A stretch of DNA of 64,000 nt, taken from assembly GCA_963752595.1 (NCBI GenBank), contig CAVVYZ010000009.1, forward strand, positions 160,001 to 224,000, read 5' to 3'. Within the stretch, counting starts at the first letter, position 1. Each line of letters begins with the position of its first letter. Below the pieces are notes generated by a model. That model ran no database searches, was not told the DNA's origin, and worked only from the letters and a program-made list of their open reading frames with translations. The DNA comes from an uncultured delta proteobacterium. Lineage in GTDB: Bacteria; Desulfobacterota; Desulfomonilia; UBA1062. Positions 52,383 through 62,288 of this stretch are shown one piece after another. The translations under genes were made by a program, and so were the position numbers.

Positions 52383-53326
52383 TCGGAGCGTACCTCTCAT
52401 AGGCCTTGATGATCTTGGCTACGACCTTGTGGCGGACGACATCGTCCTCGCTGAAATAGGTAAACCCGATCTCATCGATCTCCTTCAGGATCTGGGATGC
52501 CTCTATGAGTCCGGACCTCACGCCTGAGGGAAGGTCTATCTGGGTGACATCGCCGGTGATGACCGCCTTTGAATTGAACCCGAGCCTGGTGAGGAACATC
52601 TTCATCTGCTCCGAGGTAGTGTTCTGTGCCTCGTCTAGGATGATAAAGGCATCATTCAAGGTCCTGCCCCGCATGAACGCCAGAGGGGCGCACCTCGATC
52701 TGGTCCCTGCTGATCAGCCGCAGGACATGGTCGTGATCGAGCATGTCGTAAAGTGCGTCGTACAGCGGCCTCAAGTACGGATTCACCTTCTCCAGGAGGT
52801 CACCGGGAAGAAAACCGAGCTTCTCCCCCGCCTCTACGGCGGGCCTGGCAAGGATGATCCTCTCCACCTTCTTTTTCAGCAGATAGGAAACGCCCATGGC
52901 AAGGGCGAGATAGGTCTTTCCGGTTCCTGCGGGCCCGATCCCGAAGAGTATGTCCTTGACCCTCATGGAATCGATATAACGCTTCTGCTGCAGGCTTTTG
53001 GGCACGATGACCTTCTTTGTGGAAGAGATGTAAATACTGTCCTTGAACACTTCCTCGAGGTTGACGTTTCTGTCTTTGGCGAGCATGCGTACGGCGTACC
53101 AGACGTCATCGGGATAGAGAGGGAACCCGCCCTTGATAAGCTTATAGAGGTCTTTCAGCGCCTGCTCGGCGAGCTGGACATCGTAATCCTCTCCGGAGAG
53201 CTCAATGGTGTTGCCTTTGAGCGAGCACTTCACCCCGACGGATTCCTCGATGATCTTCAGATGAGAGCAGCTGTCTCCTGCGAGCTGGCGCAATATATAC
53301 GGGTCGGAAAATTCTACACTGGGCAT
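52369..53326 (-). CDS. phoH: PhoH-family ATPase; frameshift near 52685
   Basis: [47 protein letters not shown]. Confidence 0.93.
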
Positions 53327-53482
53327 GAAGAACGACCTGCCTTTCCCCAAGTTCTCATAAGATTTCTGATATATCATAACGTGTGGGAAGACAAGGCCCT
53401 CTTATGCCGGAACCCCCCCGTACGTGCCCAGAACAATATAGAATATGTTGCACTGGAATATTTTGTGTACTATGTTCTGCCC

Positions 53483-53848
53483 ATGTTCAAAGCAAAAGTA
53501 ATCGATACATTCAGCGCAGCGCACAGGCTCTACGAGTACCAGGGAGACTGCGAGAGGCTCCACGGTCACAACTACCGCGTCGAGGCCGTTGTCCGGTCGG
53601 AGACGCTTGATTCCATAGGGATCGTCATGGACTTCAGGGAATTGAAGCAGCTCCTGAAAGGGGTCGTTGCCGAGCTGGATCACCAGTACCTCAATGACCT
53701 TGCGCCCTTCAGGAAGGATAACCCTTCCGCAGAAAACATCGCCCGGTATATCTTCACCAGTTTGTCCCCGCTTATCAGGGAACCGGTGAAGCTTTCGGAA
53801 ATCATCGTGTGGGAGAATGACACCTCCTGCATAACCGTAACCTCATAA
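53483..53848 (+). CDS. queD: 6-carboxytetrahydropterin synthase
   Basis: FSAAH.L....CERLHGHNY, LDHQYLN, NPSAEN, VWE. Confidence 0.93.
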   Translation: MFKAKVIDTFSAAHRLYEYQGDCERLHGHNYRVEAVVRSETLDSIGIVMDFRELKQLLKGVVAELDHQYLNDLAPFRKDNPSAENIARYIFTSLSPLIREPVKLSEIIVWENDTSCITVTS

Positions 53849-53859
53849 GGATCGACACC

Positions 53860-54636
53860 ATGAAGGACGTGCAGAAACAGAAGCCCGATAATCCTCTCTA
53901 TATCCAGAAGGTGGGCGTGAAGGGGATATCATATCCCATCGTGGTCTCGGACAAGGCAAAGGGAACCCAGAACACGGTCGCCTCCATCAATCTCTACGTG
54001 GACCTTCCCCGGGTGTTCAAGGGGACCCACATGAGCAGGTTTATCGAGGTGCTCAATGAATACAAGGACAATATCCACATCAGGAATTTCGAGCACATTC
54101 TCAATGAGATCCGCACCGCCCTTGAAGCGCAGAGCGCCCACATGGAGATCGAGTTCCCTTATTTCATCGAAAAGAAGGCGCCCGTAACCGCCTCGGTCGG
54201 GCTGATGGAATACCGGTGTTCCTTCATTGGCATGGTGGGGATGAAACGCGAGTTCAAGGTGGGGGTAAAGGTTCCCGTACAGACCCTGTGCCCCTGCTCG
54301 AAAGAGATCAGCGAGTTCGGAGCCCACAACCAGCGCGGTCTCGTTACGGCCGTCGTACGGTATGAGAAGTTCTTCTGGATGGAAGATCTCATCGCGCTTA
54401 TCGAAAGCTGTGCATCGAGTCCGGTGTATCCCATCCTCAAGCGCCCCGATGAGAAATATGTCACCGAGTATGCCTATGAACACCCCATGTTCGTGGAAGA
54501 TGTGGTGAGGCAGGTGGCCTCCAGCCTCAACACTATGAGCGAATTTTCCTGGTATTCCGTTGAGGCCGAGAATCTGGAGAGCATTCACAACCACAGCGCC
54601 TATGCATACATAGAGGGCGTCGGGGCCCATGGATAA
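53860..54636 (+). CDS. folE2: GTP cyclohydrolase IB
   Basis: KGTHMSRF, TLCPCSKEIS..GAHNQR, LKRPDEK.VTE, ESIHNHSA. Confidence 0.96.
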   Translation: MKDVQKQKPDNPLYIQKVGVKGISYPIVVSDKAKGTQNTVASINLYVDLPRVFKGTHMSRFIEVLNEYKDNIHIRNFEHILNEIRTALEAQSAHMEIEFPYFIEKKAPVTASVGLMEYRCSFIGMVGMKREFKVGVKVPVQTLCPCSKEISEFGAHNQRGLVTAVVRYEKFFWMEDLIALIESCASSPVYPILKRPDEKYVTEYAYEHPMFVEDVVRQVASSLNTMSEFSWYSVEAENLESIHNHSAYAYIEGVGAHG

Positions 54637-55636
54637 GGATACCCTCCCGGCCGGGAAGCTACCCATAGCACTCCTCGACAAGATGCTCAGAGGGCTGCCG
54701 GCTTCCGATCCGAACGTCCTTGCCGGCCCCGGGATCGGTATCGATGCTGCAGTAATCCGCTTCGGCGAACAGATACTGGTGTTCAAGACAGACCCCATCA
54801 CCTTCACCAGCGACCGTCTCCCCTGGTATCTCGTTACCGTCAATGCAAACGACATTGCCTGCATGGGAGGGACCCCGCGCTATCTTCTGGTAACATTCCT
54901 GCTGCCCGATGCAAAGACCACTCCTTCATATGTAGAGACGCTGTTTTCCGAGCTCAGAGAAGCATGCGAAGCCTTTGATATCACCCTGGCAGGAGGACAT
55001 ACCGAGGTCACCCTCGGGATTGAGCGGCCCATTGCCGTCGGGTTCATGATAGGCGTGGCAGAGTCCGAAGATCTCATCAGGCCTTCCGGTGCGAAACCGG
55101 GAGATGCCGTTTTACTCTCAAAGAGAATTCCCATTGAGGCCCTATCCATCATTGCCTCGGAAAAGGGGGAAGAGCTCTCCATTGACAGAGACATCGTGAA
55201 AATGGCACGTAACCTCATCATCGAGCCGGGCATCAGCATCCTGAAGGAAGCGCGGATCGCAACATCGCACGGCGGCGTGACGGCCATGCACGATCCTACC
55301 GAAGGCGGGCTCGCAACGGGATTAAGAGAGATAGCCATAGCCTGCGGGTGTGGAATCAGGGTTTATCGCGAACGCATCCCGGTGCTGGATATCGCAGAAA
55401 AAATCCTCCCGCAATTTTCCATCGATCCCTTGGGCGCCCTGGCATCGGGATCCCTCATCGTCTGCTGCAGCCGGTCCGATGCAGAAGGTATCCTGGCCGC
55501 ATGGGTACAAAACGGCATCGAGGGCTCTCTAATCGGCGAGATCACGGCCTCTCCCGAGATACTCCTCATCGAAAACGGCGTCCCCCGCCCTCTCCCTGAA
55601 TTCCCCTCCGACGAAATCACAAAGATATTTTCCTGA
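54629..55636 (+). CDS. AIR synthase (PurM/HypE/ThiL superfamily) related protein
   Basis: GPGIG.DAA, KTDPIT, NANDIA, GGHTE, MHDPTEGG. Confidence 0.85.
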   Translation: MDKDTLPAGKLPIALLDKMLRGLPASDPNVLAGPGIGIDAAVIRFGEQILVFKTDPITFTSDRLPWYLVTVNANDIACMGGTPRYLLVTFLLPDAKTTPSYVETLFSELREACEAFDITLAGGHTEVTLGIERPIAVGFMIGVAESEDLIRPSGAKPGDAVLLSKRIPIEALSIIASEKGEELSIDRDIVKMARNLIIEPGISILKEARIATSHGGVTAMHDPTEGGLATGLREIAIACGCGIRVYRERIPVLDIAEKILPQFSIDPLGALASGSLIVCCSRSDAEGILAAWVQNGIEGSLIGEITASPEILLIENGVPRPLPEFPSDEITKIFS

Positions 55637-56020
55637 CGGTTCAGCAATGTGAGAGCCATTGGATTGATAAATTCAAGGTTTTGGGTACGGGGTAATACGT
55701 CTGAGCGTTGGACAACAAAGGGGCTCTTCCTATCCTGAACAGCCCTTTTTGATACATCTTCAGGCTCGTGAAGTGCTGCACCTCCCCGTCCTTCGGTACT
55801 GTTCTCCAGTCAATGCTTCTATTGGGGGATAGGGCAATTGCATACGATGTTATCCCAGTTAAAACTTTGGATCCGGTTTATTAACTTGCTCCTTGAGTTC
55901 TAAACCTCGGTAGGGATGGCATTGTTTTCAGGTTCCTCTATCGCGGGTATGTATCCCCTTCCAATCGTTTCGAGCTCCCAACGGAAAAAGAAACGAAGGG
56001 ATTAAGCTTGGAACGTGCCT

Positions 56021-56201
56021 AAGGAAAGCCAGGGGGTATAGGCGCTTGCCTCAGGCACTTTTTGTTTGCATCCCGGCGAAACCTGAGGGCGCTTGATCCC
56101 GGATGTTTGAGCGGAGCGAGTTTCCGGGATCGCCCGCAGATGAGCCGATCGGATGCATCAAAAAGTGCCGTAGCGAGGGCCTATACCCCCTGGCTCCCCT
56201 T
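56021..56201. repeat. ~180-nt nested inverted-repeat (rod-like) element
   Basis: 17-bp perfect arms 56027-56043/56179-56195; inner stems of 11 bp (56054-64/56159-69), 7 bp (56067-73/56151-57) and 9 bp (56095-103/56123-131). Confidence 0.85.
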
Positions 56202-56293
56202 CTCCTCCATACCCAGGTCTTTCAAAATCAGATAATCGAGTCAGGAAACCCCTGGCATCCTTTTTCTTTGGAACTGATTGTACTTGAATTCTC

Positions 56294-57628
56294 TTACTTT
56301 TTTACCAGCTGCATGACCAGGGAGGTGTCGCCGTTTCCCGATAGGAATTTCTCGTTTACCAGGAGTTTCAGCAGCAGATCGATATTCGTGGTGAGTCCCT
56401 CTACTTTTGTCTCCTTGAGCATCCTCGCCATGCGCTTCAAGGCCCCGGAACGGGTGCTGTTATGGGCAATGAGCTTTACCAGGAGCGGATCGTAGTAGGG
56501 GCTGATGACACACCCCTGAAAGAGATGCGTATCGACCCTGGCTCCCGGCCCGCCGGGCAGGCGCAGGTTGGTGATGGTCCCGGTTGTCGGCATGAAGTTC
56601 TTTGCGGTATTCTCCGCATTGATCCTGCATTCGATGGCATGGCCCTTGATGCAGGGGTTCTCATTCCCCAAGCCGGCTCCTGCAGCGACCATGATCTGTT
56701 CCCGGACCATATCGATCCCGGTGACCATTTCGGTTACGGGATGCTCCACCTGCAATCTGCCGTTTATCTCGAGAAAATAGATGCTGCCGTCCTGGTCCAT
56801 GAGATACTCGACAGTGCCGAGGCCTTTGAACCTGATGGCCCGGATGATCATTTCGGACCAATTCCAGAGATCCTCCCGCACGCGTTCATCGATATTGGGG
56901 ATCGGCGCCTCTTCGATAATCTTCTGGTGCCTCCTCTGGATCGAGCACTCGCGGTCGCTCAGGATCTGTATCCCACCGTTTTCATCTGCCAGGACCTGGA
57001 CTTCGAGGTGGCGCGGAGAGGTGATATAGTGTTCAAGGTAGACTTCGTTGCGCCCGAAGGCCGCGTCTGCCTCGCTGCTGACCCCGTCAAACTGCTGGCG
57101 CAGCTGCTCTTCGTTATGCGCGACCTTCATCCCCCTGCCGCCACCGCCATAGAGAGATTTCAAGATCACCGGCATCCCGAGCTGCCTGGCCATCAGAACG
57201 GTCTGCTCGATATCGGCGATCACCCCGTAAGAGCCTGGTATGGTAGGAATATTCAGAGACCTGGCAACCTCCTTGGTCCGTGACTTGTTGCCGATGGTCC
57301 GCAGTGTCGCGCTCGAGGGGCCGATGAAAGCGATTCCATTCTCCTCGCACATTGCAGCAAAATTGGGATTCTCGGAGAGGAACCCGTACCCGGGATGGAT
57401 GGCATTGGCCTTCCACCCGAGCGCCGCGCTTATAATCGCTTCGATATTCAGGTAGCTTTTGGAAGGCTGGGCCGGGCCGATCTGGATCGCCTCATCGGCC
57501 ATCGTGATATACTCCATGTCCTTGTCGGCCTCGGAATACACGACGATGGTCTCCAGCCCCATCTCTCTGGCTGTCCTCAAAACCCGTAAAACTACCTCTC
57601 CACGGTTCGCGATGAGAATCCTTTTCAT
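56294..57628 (-). CDS. accC: biotin carboxylase
   Basis: ILIANRGE, HPGYGFLSEN, GGGGRGM, RECSIQRRHQK, RLQVEHPVTE, ECRINAE. Confidence 0.9.
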   Translation of the reverse strand: MKRILIANRGEVVLRVLRTAREMGLETIVVYSEADKDMEYITMADEAIQIGPAQPSKSYLNIEAIISAALGWKANAIHPGYGFLSENPNFAAMCEENGIAFIGPSSATLRTIGNKSRTKEVARSLNIPTIPGSYGVIADIEQTVLMARQLGMPVILKSLYGGGGRGMKVAHNEEQLRQQFDGVSSEADAAFGRNEVYLEHYITSPRHLEVQVLADENGGIQILSDRECSIQRRHQKIIEEAPIPNIDERVREDLWNWSEMIIRAIRFKGLGTVEYLMDQDGSIYFLEINGRLQVEHPVTEMVTGIDMVREQIMVAAGAGLGNENPCIKGHAIECRINAENTAKNFMPTTGTITNLRLPGGPGARVDTHLFQGCVISPYYDPLLVKLIAHNSTRSGALKRMARMLKETKVEGLTTNIDLLLKLLVNEKFLSGNGDTSLVMQLVKK

Positions 57629-57862
57629 AAAACCAGTTCTTATGCCGGTCATATGACCAAGTCAAGCATCAGGAACAGGATCCAAAGGATTCAGCCCATT
57701 ATGAGAGGAAGTGGATCATCCGCGAGGAAATCCGGGTAATCTTATCGCATTATCATGAAAGATTGAGAAACCCTTGCGCTGCAGCCGATGCCAGGGTAAG
57801 AATGCCTTCTCCGCTCGCCATAGAGACAATTCGAAAATTCAACCTTGGAAAGGAGACATCCC

Positions 57863-58735
57863 GTGAGAAGAGTTGTCACGTATCTATTATTCATTTCTTT
57901 AGTGATAGCTGTCTCTACCTCCGCATGGCCTCTGGAAGAGACATGGGTAACGCATATCGAAAACCGCCTGGTGGAAAAAGGAATGGAAAGGGGTTGGGTA
58001 GAATCCCTACTCAGTGATCCAAGGCTCACCCTGAACCCGCAGATCATCATCGACAATCTTTTCTTTTCAAGCCCTGCAGGAAGCAAAGAACAGCCTCAGA
58101 TCATGAAGATCGATCCCAAGTATATCGAGAAAGGCCGTGAATTCATCAACGAGAATGCAGGCATGCTCTCATCCGTCGAGAAGAGATATGGAACTTCTCC
58201 CGGAATCGTGGCCGCCATCCTTATCGTGGAGTCCAAACTGGGAACGCTCCAGCCGCGTCAGAGCGCTTTTGCCGCCTTTTCTTCCCTCGTTGCGATCCTC
58301 GACCCGGAGTATTTCCGGCAAGTTCAGGAAGTCTATGCCAAAAAATTCCCTGCCGTCAAAGACGAGGCAACCGCCATCAGAGCCCGGCAAAAGGCGGAAT
58401 GGGCACTTGACCAGCTGCATCAGCTCCTCCGGATCGCTACGGATTTGCAGACCGATCCGCTCGGCATCACGGGTTCTTTTTCCGGGGCCATGGGTCCGGC
58501 ACAGTTCATTCCCTCTTCGTTCATGAGATTCGGCGTGGATGGGGATGGTGACGGGAAACGCGATCCGTTCAACATTGCGGATGCGACTGCGAGCATAGGC
58601 TCCTATCTCAAGAGCGCCGGATGGAAGGAGGCGGCGGGCGAAGAACAGAAACGCCAAGCCATATGGTCTTATAATCACAGCCTGGTTTATGTGAATACCA
58701 TCATCATGCTCTACGAGGAACTTTCCGGACAGTAA
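57863..58735 (+). CDS. lytic murein transglycosylase (MltB/SLT_2 family)
   Basis: AIL.VES, GSFSGAMGPAQFIPSS, DGDGDG EF-hand, YNHS..YV. Confidence 0.9.
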   Translation: MRRVVTYLLFISLVIAVSTSAWPLEETWVTHIENRLVEKGMERGWVESLLSDPRLTLNPQIIIDNLFFSSPAGSKEQPQIMKIDPKYIEKGREFINENAGMLSSVEKRYGTSPGIVAAILIVESKLGTLQPRQSAFAAFSSLVAILDPEYFRQVQEVYAKKFPAVKDEATAIRARQKAEWALDQLHQLLRIATDLQTDPLGITGSFSGAMGPAQFIPSSFMRFGVDGDGDGKRDPFNIADATASIGSYLKSAGWKEAAGEEQKRQAIWSYNHSLVYVNTIIMLYEELSGQ

Positions 58736-58816
58736 GGGAGGAATGCTGCCAGATACGGCCTTGAAGAATCTATGTATGCATGCTATTCCCAGATTCGGAG
58801 AACAATTGTGAATATA

Positions 58817-59686
58817 ATGGCGCTTACAGATGAGAAAAAGGAGATATTCGATACATTCCTCCATTCATATCTGCTGCAGCCGGATGCCCGGTCGGGAATC
58901 TTTTCGGCCTTCTCCTACAGTCTCAAAGCCGGAGGAAAGCGCATCCGCCCTATCCTGACCATGCTGGCGTGCGAGTGCCTCGGCGGGCAGGGGAGCGACG
59001 CTCTGCCTGCAGCCCTTGCCATTGAAATGATCCATACCTTCAGTCTGATCCATGACGACCTGCCTGCCCTGGACGACGACGGCCTCAGGAGGGGACGTCC
59101 CACCTGCCATGCCGAATTCGGAGAGGCAACCGCAATCCTTGCAGGGGACGCCCTGATTTTCCAGGCCCTGTCGGTCATCAGTGCGGCCCCCTACCCCCTG
59201 GAGGCCAGGTTCGATATCATCAAGACCCTGTCGGGCGTGTGCGGAATCGGAGGCCTGGTTCAGGGAGAATACGAGGATGTCATGGCAGAAGGGAATGATC
59301 TCCCGTTTGAGGATATCAAGGAGATCTACCGGAAAAAGACCTCTCGTCTCTTCGAGCTCTGCATGTACTCGGGCGCCCGTATAGCGAGCTCCGATACGGA
59401 AAAAATTGCCTTGCTCGTGGAGTATGGGACTCATATCGGGCTGGCATTCCAGGCCGTTGATGACATATTGGACATGACTTCGAACGATGGGAATCTGGGC
59501 AAGACACCCGGCAAGGATCTCCTCCAGGATAAAGCGACCGTGGTAAAGGCTTTGGGAATCGAGGATGCCCGCCTGTGGGCGGAAGAGATGACGAACAGGG
59601 CCATAGCAGGCATAGAGAGCTTCGAAAACGATGCATCGGAGGCGCTCAGAGAAATAGCGCTGTCGATGCTGAATCGTTTAAAGTAA
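58817..59686 (+). CDS. ispA: farnesyl/geranylgeranyl diphosphate synthase
   Basis: GGKRIRP, SLIHDDLP..DDD.LRRG, GQ..D, FQ.VDDILD, GKD. Confidence 0.93.
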   Translation: MALTDEKKEIFDTFLHSYLLQPDARSGIFSAFSYSLKAGGKRIRPILTMLACECLGGQGSDALPAALAIEMIHTFSLIHDDLPALDDDGLRRGRPTCHAEFGEATAILAGDALIFQALSVISAAPYPLEARFDIIKTLSGVCGIGGLVQGEYEDVMAEGNDLPFEDIKEIYRKKTSRLFELCMYSGARIASSDTEKIALLVEYGTHIGLAFQAVDDILDMTSNDGNLGKTPGKDLLQDKATVVKALGIEDARLWAEEMTNRAIAGIESFENDASEALREIALSMLNRLK

Positions 59687-59689
59687 AGT

Positions 59690-61547
59690 ATGGGAAACAT
59701 GCTGGATAAGATTTCTTCACCAAAGGACATCAAGAAGCTGAGCTTGCAGGAAATGGAGATCCTCGCAGCCGAGATCCGGGAGTGTATCATCGAGAACGTA
59801 AGCCGCTGCGGAGGCCACCTTGCATCCAGCCTGGGCACGGTGGAGCTTACCCTGGCAATGCACTATGTATTCAACACCCCCCAGGATAAAATCCTCTGGG
59901 ACGTCGGGCATCAGGCCTATGCCCACAAGATCATCACCGGCAGGAGAGACGCTTTCTCCAGCTTGAGGCAGCGGGGGATCAGCGCCTTCATCAATCCCGA
60001 AGGAAAGCCCGTATGATGCCTTCGTTTCCGGGCACACCGGCAATGCCATCCCCGCCGCAAGCGGCATCTGCGAAACCATGGCCATGGCCGGATGCCGGAA
60101 CCGAGGTAATCGCGGTCATCGGCGACGGATCCCTCTCCAACGGGCTGACCTTCGAGGGCCTGAACTTCGTCGGGCATGAAAAAGCAGAAGCTCATCGTGG
60201 TGCTCAACGACAATAACATGTTCATCTCCCAGCGCGTGGGGGCCATCGCCGATTACCTGAGCAGGACCATGACATCGAGAAGGGTCCGGGAAGTCAAGGA
60301 GGAGCATAAAGAACATCCTCAAGGGGAATACCTTTGTGCGGCGACGCCATCTACCGGTTGGCCAAGCATCATAGAGGGAAACCTAAAGAGTGCGGTCACC
60401 GAAGGCCTTCTGTTCGAGGAGCTGGGCTTCCGGTATGTGGGCCCCATCGACGGGCACAAGATCGACCACCTCATCCAGGCCTTTCGAGAATATCTCCGAC
60501 CATGACGGAGCCGATCTTCCTCCATGTCATCACCAAAAAGGGCCGGGTATGTCCCTGCAATGAAGGACCCGGAGCACTTTCACGGCATCGGGAAATTCGA
60601 CATGGAAAGCGGTGAGGTAAAGACCGATCCGGATGACGTCACCTACTCGGATATCTTCGGAAAGGCGCTGGCCAGGCTTGCAAAAAGGGACCCGCGCATC
60701 GTTGCCGTCAGTGCTGCCATGACCACCGGGTACGGGGCTGAAGAATTTTGCCCACCGATACCCGGACAGGTTCTTCGATGTGGGCATTGCCGAAGGGCAT
60801 GCCGTGACCATGGCCGCGGGCATGGCGCTCTACGGCCTCAGGCCGGTGGTGGCCATCTACTCCACCTTCCTCCAGAGAAGCTATGACCAGATCATCCACG
60901 ACGTGGCCCTGCAGAATGCGCCGGTGATCTTTGCCGTGGACCGGGCAGGGCTCGTGGGCCCCGACGGTCCGACCCACCACGGCGCCTTCGACATCGCCAT
61001 ATTTCAGGAGCGTTCCCAACATGACAATCCTGGTCCCCAGGGACCAGCTCATGCTGGAGAAGATGCTCGCCCATGGCTTTGAAACTGCAGGGCCGGTGGC
61101 CATCCGGTATCCCAGGGACAAGGTCGTCGCATGCCCCGATCAAGGGCTCCTGGCTGAAGCTCGGCAGGCAGAGGTCCTCAGAACCGGTACCAGGCGGTGG
61201 TGTTCTGCGCCGGGCCATTATGTTACACGTGTCCTGAAGGCAACTAGAAGACATGGAAGACGTTGCCGTAGTCGATCTCGTCTGTGCAAAACCCCTCGAT
61301 ACAAAGACCATCCGGGAGCAGTGATCGCCTGCCAGGGAAAATTCATCGTCGTGGAAGACGGATGCATCCAGGGCGGCGTGGGCTCTGCCGATTCTCGAAT
61401 CGCTCCAGTGATCTGGAATGCCCCTTAAGGTTCGAGCTCATAGGCATTCCCGACGAGTTCGTTGAGCACGGGTCCTTGAGCGATCTCAGGGCAATCCTCG
61501 GGCTGGACCTGGAAGGAATCCGCAAGACGATCAAAGAATTCCTATGA
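59690..61547 (+). CDS. dxs: 1-deoxy-D-xylulose-5-phosphate synthase; many frameshifts
   Basis: [60 protein letters not shown] across frames. Confidence 0.93.
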
Positions 61548-62288
61548 AGATGCGCCTGGATAAGTTACTGGTGGAAAAGGGCTTGGCCGAGACGACGATC
61601 AAAGGCGCTCGCCCTGATTTTGACAGGCAGCGTGCTCGTCAAGGGAGTGCCGGTGACCAAGGCGGGCACCCCCATCGAAGAAGACTCAGAAATCCTCGTA
61701 AGATCCATTGCCGAAATACGTGAGCAGGGCGGCGCTCAAGCTGGAGGCTGCGCTCGATGCCTTCGACATGGACGTGCAGGACAAGATCGCCATCGATATC
61801 GGTGCATCCACCGGGGGGTTCATCGATGATCATGCTCCAGAGGGGGCTGCGAAGGTCTATGCCGTGGATGTGGGACACGGCCAGCTCCACTGGAAGCTGC
61901 GCACCCACCCCCGGGTCATCAACCTCGAGGGGGTCAATGCCCGGATGCTCGATCCGGACGCTTATCCCCGAGCCTGTGCGACATCGCCACCTTCGACGTA
62001 TCCTTCATCTCGCTCAAGCTGGTCATCCCTCCCGTCTTGAAGGTCCTGAAAAGCCCTGTCGCACATCATAGCCCTGATCAAGCCCCAGTTCGAGGCGGGC
62101 AAGAGAACAGATCGGCAAAGGCGGGCTGATCCGAAGGATGATGGTATTGCACGGAAGTCATTCATGATATTGAGGAGTTTCTCATTGGATTGAACTGCGA
62201 GGTATCCGGCACGATCCCTTCCCCGGTGAAGGGAGCGAAGGGGAACCAGGAATATCTCGTCCATGCACTGTACAGAGGAGTGCGATGA
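61544..62288 (+). CDS. tlyA: TlyA-family rRNA methyltransferase; frameshifted
   Basis: [15 protein letters not shown]...[40 protein letters not shown]. Confidence 0.92.

Noticed and set aside
52505-53482. 447-aa ORF suggesting a long N-terminal extension of QueD
   Set aside because: The upstream part is antisense to phoH; QueD homology starts at ATG 53483
55760-55860. Minus-strand WDNIVCNC peptide as an HNH nuclease relic
   Set aside because: Too short and lacking the other HNH residues
56021-56201. 6S RNA or a simple bidirectional terminator
   Set aside because: The size fits 6S but I see no large central bubble or recognisable 6S motif, and it is too long and nested for a terminator; an Rfam search is needed to exclude 6S firmly
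56103-56495. 130-aa ORF starting inside the palindrome
   Set aside because: No RBS or motif, and it overlaps accC antisense
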